A stretch of DNA of 64,000 nucleotides, taken from Bacteroidota bacterium. GTDB taxonomy: Bacteria; Bacteroidota; Rhodothermia; JANXDC01. The notes beneath the pieces are model-generated. The model searched no databases. It worked only from the letters and a program-made list of their open reading frames with translations, and had not been told where the DNA came from. This document shows positions 1 through 9,465 of the stretch, piece after piece. Within the stretch, counting starts at the first letter, position 1. Each line of letters starts with the position of its first letter. A program made the position numbers and the translations under genes. Location of the stretch: assembly GCA_025998875.1 (NCBI GenBank), contig AP024675.1, positions 629,589 to 693,588 of the forward strand, read 5' to 3'.

Positions 1-35
1 TTCTGGCCACCCTGTAAGAGAGGGAAGCCGTTTTT

Positions 36-1448
36 ATGGGATGGTGGTCGCTGCTTCCGCCACTGGTCGCCATTGGACTGGCACTGCTCACCCGAGAGGT
101 GTTTTTATCCCTGCTGCTGGGCATCCTGATCGGGGCCATCGTGCTGCACCGGGGCGATGTACTGAGCGGGTTGCGGGAGCTTTTCGATCAGCTCGTGGCC
201 GTTTTTGCGGACGCGGGCAACACGCGCATCCTGATCTTCTGCCTGCTTGTGGGCGGGTTGATGAGCCTGCTACAGGCCTCCGGAGGGGTCGACGGGTTCA
301 TTGCCCGCGCCAGCCGATGGCGCTGGGCGCGTAGCCGGATCGGGGCTCAGTGGCTGGTCTATGTGCTGGGGTTGGTGATTTTTGTGGAATCCAGCATCAC
401 TTGCCTGGTTACCGGCGCCGTAGGACGCCCCCTGTTTGATCGACTCCGGCTATCGCGCGAGAAACTGGCCTATTTCTGCGATGCCACCAGCGCCCCCGTC
501 TGTATGCAGATCCCACTCAACGGGTGGGGGGCTTACGTGCTCGGCCTGCTCATGGCGCAGGGACTGAGCGAGGCCCTGGCCGTGCGGACGCTGCTGGAGA
601 GCCTGCTGTACAATTTCTACAGCCTGATCGTGATCGCAAGCCTGCCTGCGGTGATCTACGGGCTGGACTTCGGGCCCATGCGCCGGGCCGAGGAACGGGC
701 CCGGAATACGGGCAAAGTGCTCCGCGATGGGGCGAAACCTCTGGTGGCCGAAGAGGTCGTCTTCCACGCCCCACCACCGGATCGACCCCATCGGGCCCGC
801 AACATGCTGATCCCGCTGGGCGTGATGATCGCCATGATCCCCTTCGGGCTCTGGGTGACGGGAAACGGCAATCCCATGCAAGGATCCGGCTCCACGGCCG
901 TGTTGTGGGCGGTGAGCGCCGCTACGGCCGTGGCGCTGATGCTGGGCGTTGCGCAACGGCTTTTTTCCCTTTCGGAGGGCGTACAACTGGTGCTCAAGGG
1001 CTCCTCCGGCCTGCTTCCGGTAACTATCCTGCTTGTTTTCGCCTTCGCCCTTGGCCACCTGTGCCGGGAACTGGGTCTGGGCCCCTATGTGGCCAGCCTG
1101 TTATCCCCGGACTGGCCTCTGTTTTGGATCCCCGCGCTGGTGTTCGTAACCGGATGCGTGATTTCCTTTACGCTGGGCTCCAGCTGGGGGGCGTTTGCCA
1201 TCCTCATGCCCGTGGCCGTGCCCCTAGCGCAGGCGACGGGCCTACCGCTCCCCCTCGTGGTGGCCGCCGTACTGAGCGGAGGGGTATTCGGAGATCACAC
1301 CTCTCCCCTCTCGGATACGACGATCATCTCCTCCATGGCCGCTGTATGCGACCATATGGATCACGTGCGCACCCAGTTGCCCTATGGGCTGGGGGCAGCT
1401 GCGCTGGCGAGCGGGGCTTTTGTCGTAGCGGGCTGGTTGCTCAGCTGA
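36..1448 (+). CDS. Na+/H+ antiporter NhaC family membrane transporter
   Basis: 470 aa, many TM helices; motifs SREKLAYFCDATSAP, FTLGSSWG, GGVFGDHTSPLSDTTIISS, HVRTQLPY typical of the NhaC family. Confidence 0.85.
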   Translation: MGWWSLLPPLVAIGLALLTREVFLSLLLGILIGAIVLHRGDVLSGLRELFDQLVAVFADAGNTRILIFCLLVGGLMSLLQASGGVDGFIARASRWRWARSRIGAQWLVYVLGLVIFVESSITCLVTGAVGRPLFDRLRLSREKLAYFCDATSAPVCMQIPLNGWGAYVLGLLMAQGLSEALAVRTLLESLLYNFYSLIVIASLPAVIYGLDFGPMRRAEERARNTGKVLRDGAKPLVAEEVVFHAPPPDRPHRARNMLIPLGVMIAMIPFGLWVTGNGNPMQGSGSTAVLWAVSAATAVALMLGVAQRLFSLSEGVQLVLKGSSGLLPVTILLVFAFALGHLCRELGLGPYVASLLSPDWPLFWIPALVFVTGCVISFTLGSSWGAFAILMPVAVPLAQATGLPLPLVVAAVLSGGVFGDHTSPLSDTTIISSMAAVCDHMDHVRTQLPYGLGAAALASGAFVVAGWLLS

Positions 1449-2335
1449 GCGGAGGGATAGTAGAGGCGCTGCGCCGCATGCAGCGTGTTTTCCAGGAGCA
1501 TGGCGATCGTCATAGGCCCCACCCCACCGGGCACAGGTGTGATCGCGCTCGTCCGTGGAGCCACAGCCTCGAAATCCACATCCCCCACCAGCACGTAACC
1601 CCGCGGGTGGGTCGGATCCGAGAGCCGGTTGATGCCCACATCGATGACCACAGCGCCGGGGCAGACCATCTCCGCCGTCACAAAACGCGGACGCCCGATA
1701 GCGACGACGAGAACTTCCGCGGTTCGCGTGATCTCTGCCAGATTCGGGGTCCGGCTATGGCAGACGGTCACCGTGGCATCCATACCCCGCTGCAGAAGCA
1801 GGTTGGCCAGCGGCAACCCCACGATATGGCTTCGCCCCAGGATGACCACCCGGCGGCCGCTCAATTCGATATCGTAGGCCCGTAGCAGTTCCACAATCCC
1901 GGCCGGTGTACAGGGCCGAAATCCGGGTTGCCCCAGTACCAGACGGCCCACGTTGATCGGATGAAACCCGTCGACATCTTTGGCCGGATCCAGCGCGGCG
2001 ATAACCCGATCCGGGTTGATGTGCTCCGGCAGGGGAAGCTGCACGAGAATACCATCCACGGCGGCATCGGCGTTGAGCCGATGAATGTGGCCGAGCAGCT
2101 CCTCTTCGGAAATGTCCAGAGGCAGATGGATGGTCTCCGAATCGATGCCCACCTCAGCCGCCGCACGCCTTTTTGCCCGCACATAGGAGGCGGAGGCGGG
2201 ATGATCCCCCACGAGAATCACGGCCAGAAACGGCCTGCGGTGCCCTTCCGCCCCACTCCATCGCTCCAGCTCTTGCCGCAACCGCTGCAGGCGGGTCTCG
2301 GCCACTCGTCTACCGTCCAGAATCCGATAGGACAT
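1382..2335 (-). CDS. folD: Bifunctional methylenetetrahydrofolate dehydrogenase/cyclohydrolase
   Basis: YVRAK, GILVQLPLP, KDVDGFHP, PCTPAG, GRSHIVG, ITPVPGGVGPMT motifs; start placed at ATG 2335 (MSYRILDG). Confidence 0.97.
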   Translation of the reverse strand: MSYRILDGRRVAETRLQRLRQELERWSGAEGHRRPFLAVILVGDHPASASYVRAKRRAAAEVGIDSETIHLPLDISEEELLGHIHRLNADAAVDGILVQLPLPEHINPDRVIAALDPAKDVDGFHPINVGRLVLGQPGFRPCTPAGIVELLRAYDIELSGRRVVILGRSHIVGLPLANLLLQRGMDATVTVCHSRTPNLAEITRTAEVLVVAIGRPRFVTAEMVCPGAVVIDVGINRLSDPTHPRGYVLVGDVDFEAVAPRTSAITPVPGGVGPMTIAMLLENTLHAAQRLYYPSAQLSNQPATTKAPLASAAAPSP

Positions 2336-2348
2336 CGCTTTCTCCCGG

Positions 2349-3983
2349 CTACTTGGCATAGGATACAGCGCGCACCTCGCGGATCACGGTCACCTTGATC
2401 TGGCCAGGGTACTGCATTTCCTGTTCGATCTTTTTGGCGATATCTATGGCCAACAGCTCCGCGCGCGCATCGTCGACCCTGTCCGCCTCCACAGTGACGC
2501 GCACCTCACGGCCCGCCTGCAGGGCGTAGACCTTCTGTACCCCCTCGAATTGGCTGGCGATCTCTTCGAGCTTCTGCAGCCGCTTGATGTACTGCTCGAT
2601 GGTCTCCCGTCGCGCGCCCGGGCGGGCCCCGCTGATGGCATCGGCCGCCTGCACGAGGGGCGAGATGGGGTTGTCCATCTCGATCTCATCGTGATGAGCG
2701 CCCACGGCATTGCAGACGATCGGGTGCTCGCCATACCGGCGACAGTACTCCATGCCCACCAGCGCATGAGGGCCCTCGGGCTCCCCCTCGACGACCTTGC
2801 CGATATCGTGTAGCAACCCGGCGCGCTTGGCCAGCTTGGCGTCCAGCCCCAACTCGGCGGCCATAATGGCCGCCAGACGGGCCACCTCCATGGAATGGGC
2901 CAGCAGGTTCTGCCCGTAGCTGGAACGAAAACGCATCCGCCCCACCAGACGCACCAGCTCCGGGTGCATGTTCGCGATACCCAGCTCGATGACAGCCCGC
3001 TCCCCGGTCTGGAAGATCTCCTCCTCGATCTCCTGTCGGACCCGGGCCACCACCTCTTCGATACGAGCCGGGTGGATGCGCCCATCCTGGATGAGCCGTT
3101 CCAGGGCGATGCGGGCGATCTCGCGCCGCACGGGGTCGAAGCAGGACAGGATTACGGCCTCGGGGGTATCGTCGACGATCACCTCCACCCCGGTGGCCGC
3201 CTCGAAGGCGCGAATGTTCCTTCCCTCCCGGCCGATGATGCGGCCTTTCATGTCGTCGGACTGGATGTTGACCACGCTGACCGTATTCTCGATCGTATGT
3301 TCGGCCGCTGTGCGCTGAATGGCCTGGATGATGATCTTCTTAGCCTCCCGGTTGGCCTGCAGACGAGCCTGTTCGCGAATTTCCTTGATGAGCTGGGCCG
3401 CCTCATTGCGGGCCTCTTCGAGCATGTTTTCGATGAGCATCTGACGGGCCTCCTCGGCCGTAAGCCCTGCTATGCGCTCCAGGCGCTGATTCTGCTCCCG
3501 GCGCAGGGCCTCGAGCTCTTCCAGCTTCTGGCTGTATTCGGCTTGCAGACGGCGATAGCGCTGCTCCTCCTCGCGTAGCTGCTGCTCCCGGAGGTTGAGC
3601 TGGTCGGCCCGGCGATCGAGGTTGAACTCCCGGTTTTTGAGCTGCTGTTCGAATTCCTGCAGCTTGGTTCGACGGCGCTCGACCTCCTGATCAAACTCCT
3701 GCTTCTTGCGCAGCCATTCGTCTTTGGCTTCGATCAGCTTCTCGCGCTTGAGGTTTTCGGCCTCCCGCTGCGCTTTGCGCAGCAGATCATCGGCCTCCCG
3801 CTGGGCCCGCTTGCGCACATCCTCGGCCTGCCGAGTAGCCCGATCCAGCACCTCCCGGGCCCGTTCCTCGGCCTGTTGCACAATCCAATGGGCACGCCGG
3901 CGTAGCAAGCCCCGACCCAGGACGTAACCACCCCCCAGGGCCAGGGCCGCAGCCGCGGCCACCACGAGCCACATGATGTCCAT
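2349..3983 (-). CDS. rny: Ribonuclease Y
   Basis: N-terminal TM, coiled coil, KH motif [15 protein letters not shown] motif [19 protein letters not shown]. Confidence 0.97.
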   Translation of the reverse strand: MDIMWLVVAAAAALALGGGYVLGRGLLRRRAHWIVQQAEERAREVLDRATRQAEDVRKRAQREADDLLRKAQREAENLKREKLIEAKDEWLRKKQEFDQEVERRRTKLQEFEQQLKNREFNLDRRADQLNLREQQLREEEQRYRRLQAEYSQKLEELEALRREQNQRLERIAGLTAEEARQMLIENMLEEARNEAAQLIKEIREQARLQANREAKKIIIQAIQRTAAEHTIENTVSVVNIQSDDMKGRIIGREGRNIRAFEAATGVEVIVDDTPEAVILSCFDPVRREIARIALERLIQDGRIHPARIEEVVARVRQEIEEEIFQTGERAVIELGIANMHPELVRLVGRMRFRSSYGQNLLAHSMEVARLAAIMAAELGLDAKLAKRAGLLHDIGKVVEGEPEGPHALVGMEYCRRYGEHPIVCNAVGAHHDEIEMDNPISPLVQAADAISGARPGARRETIEQYIKRLQKLEEIASQFEGVQKVYALQAGREVRVTVEADRVDDARAELLAIDIAKKIEQEMQYPGQIKVTVIREVRAVSYAK

Positions 3984-4015
3984 AAAAGCTCATACTCCTC
4001 TCCATGTGTGATGGG

Positions 4016-4366
4016 TTACGATCCGGCCGACTTCTTAGGCCTCCGCCTGCGGGCGGGTGCCGCATCGGCCGGAGGGGCCTCGTGGGCGATCCGATCCAGA
4101 AAATCGGCCACCTCCCGCAGCGCGGCGCGCCACGTCTCCTCGGCCACTTGCGACTGCTGCTGACAGAACCGCAACTCCAGAGCCAAATATAAAGCCGCCA
4201 TAATGGCGTACAGCGTATCCGACAAACCCGGCCGCTGCGTGCGGAATTCGCGCATCCGCTGATCAATCTCCTCGGCGGCCTGCGAGAACTCCCACTGCCG
4301 CGCTGGCGGGACCTGGAAGGTGTATTCCCTGTCCAGGATCTGGATTCGAACGGAGACCAGCTCCAT
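4016..4366 (-). CDS. zapA: Cell division protein ZapA family
   Basis: N-terminal SVRIQILDREY beta-strands followed by helix with IMAAL; conserved position between pheT and rny. Confidence 0.7.
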   Translation of the reverse strand: MELVSVRIQILDREYTFQVPPARQWEFSQAAEEIDQRMREFRTQRPGLSDTLYAIMAALYLALELRFCQQQSQVAEETWRAALREVADFLDRIAHEAPPADAAPARRRRPKKSAGS

Positions 4367-4698
4367 CAGGTTTCCCCGGCGCTAGGTTTCTGCTTCTTGC
4401 CTCGAGCGCGGGCGGGAGCCAGCAGGGCATCCATCTGCCTGATCAGCTCCTGAAGCTGCCCTTTGACCTGCCCCCAGCGCTGCGGGTCCACGGGGCTTTC
4501 GAGACGACGGGCCAGCTCCTGACGCAACCGAAGGATCTCCTGATCCCGTTCGGTCACCGTCAAACGCAACCGCTCGACCTGGACCTCCAGGGCGGCGCGC
4601 TCTGAGCGCAGCTGGCGTATCAGGGCCTCGAGAGCATAGAGCCGCTCCCAGAGTGCTTTCCATTCTGGCCTATCCGAGAACGGGTAATCCGCTTTCAT
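4366..4698 (-). CDS. Hypothetical coiled-coil protein (ZapB-like position)
   Basis: 110 aa heptad-rich ORF translationally coupled to pheT and zapA (overlapping stop/start). Confidence 0.65.
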   Translation of the reverse strand: MKADYPFSDRPEWKALWERLYALEALIRQLRSERAALEVQVERLRLTVTERDQEILRLRQELARRLESPVDPQRWGQVKGQLQELIRQMDALLAPARARGKKQKPSAGET

Positions 4699-7136
4699 CG
4701 GCGCAACCGTGCTCCTAGATGCGTTTCCGCAGCCTGTACCATTCGATCCAGTACGGCCTGTACCTCGGCCTCCGTAAGGGTCCGCTCCGGATGGGCCAGC
4801 CGGAGCCGATAGGCCAGGCTGCGCGTGTTCGGGGGAAGGCGTTCCCCCTGATACAGATCAAAGAGCTCCAGCTCTATAAGCTCGGGTTGCCCGACCTGGC
4901 GAAGCAATCGCTCCAGTTCTCCGGCCCTCACCTCCAGAGGGACCACGAACGCCACATCCCGCTCGACGATGGGCTGGCGACTGAAGGGCGAATACGCGCG
5001 CGCACTGACCCGTCTCTGTACCGCCCCCTGTATCGCCTCCCAGTTCAGTTCCGCAAACACCACGGGGCGACGGAGCTCGAAACGCTCCTCCAGACGCGGG
5101 GTGGAACGCCCCATCCAGCCGACGAGATGCTCTCCGTAATAGAGCTGGACCAGATCGCAAAACCACCCCACCGGTTCGTCGGGGACGACGAAGGCAAAGC
5201 GATCCAGTCCAAGCCCCTCGCAGAGCGCCTCCAGCAGACCACGCATATCGAACCAGTCAACCTCTTTCATGGGCCGATCCCAGGCCAAAGGCGCCCGGAG
5301 GCCACTTAGGATTATGCCCAGGTGGAGCCGCTCTTCATATCCCGGGACGGGCCCTGAGGTGGCTTCCGGTCGGCGGCGAAAAACCCGCCCGAACTCGAAG
5401 AAGCGCACGTCTTCCTGCTGGTGGCGCTGATTGTGCGAGACGATGCGCAACAGCCCCGGGATCAGGCTCGGCCGTGCCACGACCATATCCGCCGAAATGG
5501 GGTTGATCGTACGCACCCACTCCTGCGCAGGTGCGAAGGGCTCGGCCAGGGCCTCGGACAGAAGACTGTTGGCGTACACCTCCCAGAGCCCCATACCGGC
5601 CAGCACATCCCGCATGCGATCGGTACGCGCAAAGTCCTCCTCCTCTCCTTCGCCCGGATACGGTAGGGGCACGCGCTCCGGCAGCGTCAGGCTGTCCCAG
5701 CCCCGGATGCGCCCCACCTCCTCGATGAGATCCACCTCTCGATCCAGATCGGGCCGATAGCCGGGAATCGTACACTTCCAGCTCCCTTCGGATTCCGGCT
5801 CCAGCTTCAGACCCAGCCGGGAGAGCACGCCCACGACCTCTTCGGCCCCGTAGCGAGAGCCCAGGAGCGCGTTGAGCCGGCTGAGCCGGAGCCGGACCTG
5901 TCGTAGGGGGATGGGCCGGGGGTAGAGATCCACTGTTCCGGGCACCACCTCCGCTCCCGTCAGCTCGGCGATGAGCTGAGCGGCACGCTCGGCCGCCCAC
6001 AGCGCCCCCTCGGGATCCACCCCGCGCTCAAAGCGATAGGAGGCTTCCGTGTTCAACCCGAGTTGCCGAGCCGCCCGGCGGACAGCGGCGGGATGAAAGT
6101 AGGCGCTCTCCAGGAGCACCCGGCGCGTCTCCGGGCCCACCTCGGAATTGGCCCCGCCCATCACGCCGGCAATAGCAACGGGCTTTTCCGCGTCGCAGAT
6201 CAGCAAGATCCCCTCCTGCAAGGTTCGCAGCCGGCCATCGAGCGTTTCGATCTGCTCTCCAGAGCGGGAAAGACGAACCCGGATCTCAGGGCCGGCCAGT
6301 TTATCCAGATCGAAGGCGTGCAGGGGCTGACCGATCTCGAGCATGACGAAGTTCGTCACATCCACCACATTATTGACCGATCGCATGCCCGCCGCACGCA
6401 GACGCCGGACGAGCCACTGGGGGGAGGGCCCGACGCGCACGTTGTCGATGAGCTTGGCCACATATCGGGGACAGGCTTCCGCATGCTCTATTACGACCCG
6501 CACCATACGAGCCGCCTCGCCGGGTTGACGACAGAGGGTCACCGCAGGCAGACGCAGATCCCGATCGGCCAGCGCGGATATCTCGCGCGCCACACCCACA
6601 TGCGAGGCCGCATCAGCCCGGTTGGGGGTGAGCTCGATCTCCAGTACCACGTCGGGCTCCAGATCCCAGTATGCGGCCAGGGGCTGTCCCACAGGGGCAT
6701 CGTCGGGCAGGACGAGGATGCCGGAATGGTCCTCGCCGAGCCCCAGTTCATCTTCGGCGCAGATCATCCCCTCCGATAGGACGCCCCGAATGGAGCTTTC
6801 CCGAATCGGAAGTCGTCCTCCGGCGCCGCGCTCAAACGGCAGTACCGCTCCGGGCAGGGCCACGGCGACCTTCTGACCTGCGGCGACGTTTGGCGCGCCG
6901 CAGACGATCTGCAGAGCCCGCTCCCGTCCCACATCGACCCGACAGAGGCGCAGCCGGTCGGCGTTCGGATGGGGCAGGCATTCGAGTATCCGCCCAATTA
7001 CCACCCCCTCGAGACGATCCCCGAAGGGCTCTACAGAGGCCACCTCCAGACCGGCGCGCGTGAGCCGCTCCGCGAGCTCCTCTACGGTCCAGGGGATATC
7101 CACATACGTCTGCAACCAGCGCAACGAGATCCGCAT
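4695..7136 (-). CDS. pheT: Phenylalanine--tRNA ligase beta subunit
   Basis: MRISLRWL start, HPNADRL, IVCGAPNV, TPNRAD, FERGVD, DLIEEVGR, C-terminal FDX-ACB domain. Confidence 0.98.
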   Translation of the reverse strand: MRISLRWLQTYVDIPWTVEELAERLTRAGLEVASVEPFGDRLEGVVIGRILECLPHPNADRLRLCRVDVGRERALQIVCGAPNVAAGQKVAVALPGAVLPFERGAGGRLPIRESSIRGVLSEGMICAEDELGLGEDHSGILVLPDDAPVGQPLAAYWDLEPDVVLEIELTPNRADAASHVGVAREISALADRDLRLPAVTLCRQPGEAARMVRVVIEHAEACPRYVAKLIDNVRVGPSPQWLVRRLRAAGMRSVNNVVDVTNFVMLEIGQPLHAFDLDKLAGPEIRVRLSRSGEQIETLDGRLRTLQEGILLICDAEKPVAIAGVMGGANSEVGPETRRVLLESAYFHPAAVRRAARQLGLNTEASYRFERGVDPEGALWAAERAAQLIAELTGAEVVPGTVDLYPRPIPLRQVRLRLSRLNALLGSRYGAEEVVGVLSRLGLKLEPESEGSWKCTIPGYRPDLDREVDLIEEVGRIRGWDSLTLPERVPLPYPGEGEEEDFARTDRMRDVLAGMGLWEVYANSLLSEALAEPFAPAQEWVRTINPISADMVVARPSLIPGLLRIVSHNQRHQQEDVRFFEFGRVFRRRPEATSGPVPGYEERLHLGIILSGLRAPLAWDRPMKEVDWFDMRGLLEALCEGLGLDRFAFVVPDEPVGWFCDLVQLYYGEHLVGWMGRSTPRLEERFELRRPVVFAELNWEAIQGAVQRRVSARAYSPFSRQPIVERDVAFVVPLEVRAGELERLLRQVGQPELIELELFDLYQGERLPPNTRSLAYRLRLAHPERTLTEAEVQAVLDRMVQAAETHLGARLRR

Positions 7137-7146
7137 ATATGCCCCC

Positions 7147-8181
7147 TCAGCTTATGGGGAACTGGCGCAGAAAGCGCAGGTCGTTTTCATAAAAAAGCCG
7201 GATATCGTCGATCTGGTAGCGCAGCATGGCGATGCGCTCCACACCCAAACCAAAAGCATAGCCCGTATAGCGCTCCGGATCGATGCCAACGGCCTCGAAG
7301 ACGTTGGGATCGACCATGCCACAACCCAGGATCTCCACCCAGCCGGAGCCCTTACAGACCCGACATCCGGTTCCCCCACAGAGGAAACAGCTCACATCCA
7401 CCTCAGCGCTGGGCTCGGTGAAGGGAAAGAAACTCGTGCGCAACCGGATCCGGGCCGATGGGCCGAACATATGTCGGGCGAAAACCTGCAGGGTCTGCAC
7501 CAGATCGGCCATCGTCACCCCTTCATCCACATACAGCCCTTCGACCTGGTGGAAAAGGCAATAGCTACGGGCGCTGATGGTCTCGTTGCGATAGACGCGT
7601 CCCGGGGCGATGATGCGGATCGGGGGAGGCTTGCGCTCCATCACACGCACCTGCACCGGTGAGGTATGCGTGCGTAGAAGCACCTCAGAGTCCACAAACA
7701 GGGTATCCTGCATATCGCGGGCCGGATGCTCAGGGGGGAAATTGAGCGCGGTGAAGTTGTACCAGTCCGTCTCGATCTCCGGCCCCTCTGCCACAGCGAA
7801 CCCCATACGAGTGAAGATGCGCACGATCGTGCGCAGCGTCTGGGTGAGCGGGTGCACCCCGCCGACGAAAGGCCTGCGCCCGGGCAGGGACAGGTCCCCG
7901 ATCGGGCTCTGCTGGGCCTCGCGCGCCTCGATCTCGGCCCGGAGCCGCTCATAGCGGGCCAGCACGGCTTCTTTGAGCGCATTGAGCTGTCGCCCCCAGC
8001 GGGCGCGCTCCTCACGGGGCAGTTCGGGCAACCGATCGAAGTAGGCGCTCAGCACCCCCTTTCGGCCCAGAAAGTACGCCTTGAACTGCTCCAGCTCGGA
8101 ACGGGAACTGACGGGATAGGCCTCGATCTGCTCGGCCAGCTCCTGGAGATGTGCTGCAAGTAGCTCCATATCATGCTCCAT
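7147..8181 (-). CDS. pheS: Phenylalanine--tRNA ligase alpha subunit
   Basis: HPARDMQDT, LRTHTSPVQ, FHQVEG, FPFTEPS, GYAFGLGVERIAM. Confidence 0.98.
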   Translation of the reverse strand: MEHDMELLAAHLQELAEQIEAYPVSSRSELEQFKAYFLGRKGVLSAYFDRLPELPREERARWGRQLNALKEAVLARYERLRAEIEAREAQQSPIGDLSLPGRRPFVGGVHPLTQTLRTIVRIFTRMGFAVAEGPEIETDWYNFTALNFPPEHPARDMQDTLFVDSEVLLRTHTSPVQVRVMERKPPPIRIIAPGRVYRNETISARSYCLFHQVEGLYVDEGVTMADLVQTLQVFARHMFGPSARIRLRTSFFPFTEPSAEVDVSCFLCGGTGCRVCKGSGWVEILGCGMVDPNVFEAVGIDPERYTGYAFGLGVERIAMLRYQIDDIRLFYENDLRFLRQFPIS

Positions 8182-8200
8182 CTGGCCTGTGAAAATACCA

Positions 8201-8230
8201 CGAAGGGCTCGAGCGCGCTCGAGCCCTTCG
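8201..8230. repeat. Perfect 30-bp palindrome between rplT and pheS (terminator/processing hairpin candidate)
   Basis: cgaagggctcgagcg|cgctcgagcccttcg is its own reverse complement. Confidence 0.8.
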
Positions 8231-8253
8231 CATAGCCAACATCATGGGCGCGC

Positions 8254-8601
8254 TCAATGCAAAGCGGCTTCCACCACCGCGGCAAAGGCCTGGGGATCGC
8301 GCACGGCCAGATCGGCCAGCATCTTGCGGTTAAGCGCCATCCCTTTTTTGCGCATGGCATCGATCAGGCGGGCATAGGTGGTGCCATGCGCTCGGGCGGC
8401 GGCGTTGATGCGTATAATCCAGAGGCGACGAAAATCCCGCTTCCGCTGGCGGCGGTCGCGGTACATGTACTGCATCGCCTTCTCAACGCTGTATTTGGCG
8501 ATCGTGTAGTTTTTGCTGCGCCTGCCCCAGAAACCTTTGGCCTGCTTGAGGATTTTCTTGCGTCGGCGCCTGGAGGCCACACTGTTCGTTGCGCGTGGCA
8601 T
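8254..8601 (-). CDS. rplT: 50S ribosomal protein L20
   Basis: [26 protein letters not shown]...[19 protein letters not shown] at 8601. Confidence 0.98.
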   Translation of the reverse strand: MPRATNSVASRRRRKKILKQAKGFWGRRSKNYTIAKYSVEKAMQYMYRDRRQRKRDFRRLWIIRINAAARAHGTTYARLIDAMRKKGMALNRKMLADLAVRDPQAFAAVVEAALH

Positions 8602-8636
8602 GTCTGGCCTGCTCCTTCTTTTGTCTGACGGCGAAC

Positions 8637-8831
8637 TCAAACAGCCAGCAGCCGCCTGATGCGGGGCACGTCGACGGAGGCCACCACATCGGCCTGGCGG
8701 AGGCGGCGCTTGCGCTTGGGCCGCTTCTTGGTAAGCAGATGGCTGTGCCCGGCCCGATAGCGACGGATCTTGCCCGTGGCGGTAACCCGGAAACGCTTCT
8801 TGGCCGAGCTGTTGCTTTTCATCTTCGGCAT
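8637..8831 (-). CDS. rpmI: 50S ribosomal protein L35
   Basis: [21 protein letters not shown]...[11 protein letters not shown] at 8831. Confidence 0.97.
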   Translation of the reverse strand: MPKMKSNSSAKKRFRVTATGKIRRYRAGHSHLLTKKRPKRKRRLRQADVVASVDVPRIRRLLAV

Positions 8832-8934
8832 CGCTGTCCTCTCTGGCGAGTACGGCGGGAATCCAAAGATAGCCATCCAGAGCCGAGCTTGTCAAAAAAA
8901 CGAGCCCGACCCTTGCTCGTGCGACACCGGCGGG

Positions 8935-9465
8935 CTATTTCTTCTTTCTATCGGGTGTGAGGATCATGCTCAGCCGCTTGCCTTCCAGTTTGGGAGGCAC
9001 CTCGATCCTGCTGACATCCTCGAGTGCCTGGGCAAAGCGGGCCAGCATCTCCTCCCCCCGTTCCTGATAGACGATGTCCCGACCCCGGAACTGAACGTAG
9101 ACGCGCACTTTATTGCCCTCAAGCAGAAACTCGCGCGCATGACGGGCCTTGAAGGCGAAATCGTGCGTGTCCGTGACGGGCCGCAGCCGGATTTCCTTGA
9201 CCTCCGTGCTCTGCTGCCGCTTGCGCGCCTCGCGCTCTTTTTTCTGCTGCTCGTACCGGAATTTCCCGTAGTCGATGATCTTGCACACCGGGGGGTCTGC
9301 ATGCGGGGCGATCTCCACGAGATCCAACCCCAGCTCGCGCGCCATCTCCAGGGCCTTTTCCCGCGTGTAGATGCCATGCCTGCCGTCCGGGGAGACCACC
9401 CGAACCACGCGGGCCCGGATCTGCTCGTTGACGCGCACCTCAGGGCTTTTGTCGTGCTTGGCTAT
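8935..9465 (-). CDS. infC: Translation initiation factor IF-3 (non-canonical ATA start)
   Basis: RVNEQI, LDLVEI, PPVCKIIDYGKFRYE; GGAGGAG SD (9473-9479) 7 nt before an in-frame ATA at 9465. Confidence 0.95.
   Translation of the reverse strand: MAKHDKSPEVRVNEQIRARVVRVVSPDGRHGIYTREKALEMARELGLDLVEIAPHADPPVCKIIDYGKFRYEQQKKEREARKRQQSTEVKEIRLRPVTDTHDFAFKARHAREFLLEGNKVRVYVQFRGRDIVYQERGEEMLARFAQALEDVSRIEVPPKLEGKRLSMILTPDRKKK

Noticed and set aside
3984..4015. 6S RNA expected downstream of zapA
   Set aside because: The gap between zapA and rny is only 32 nt
8182..8253. pheM-type leader-peptide attenuator or T-box before pheS
   Set aside because: No Phe-rich short ORF or T-box motif in the 72-nt gap
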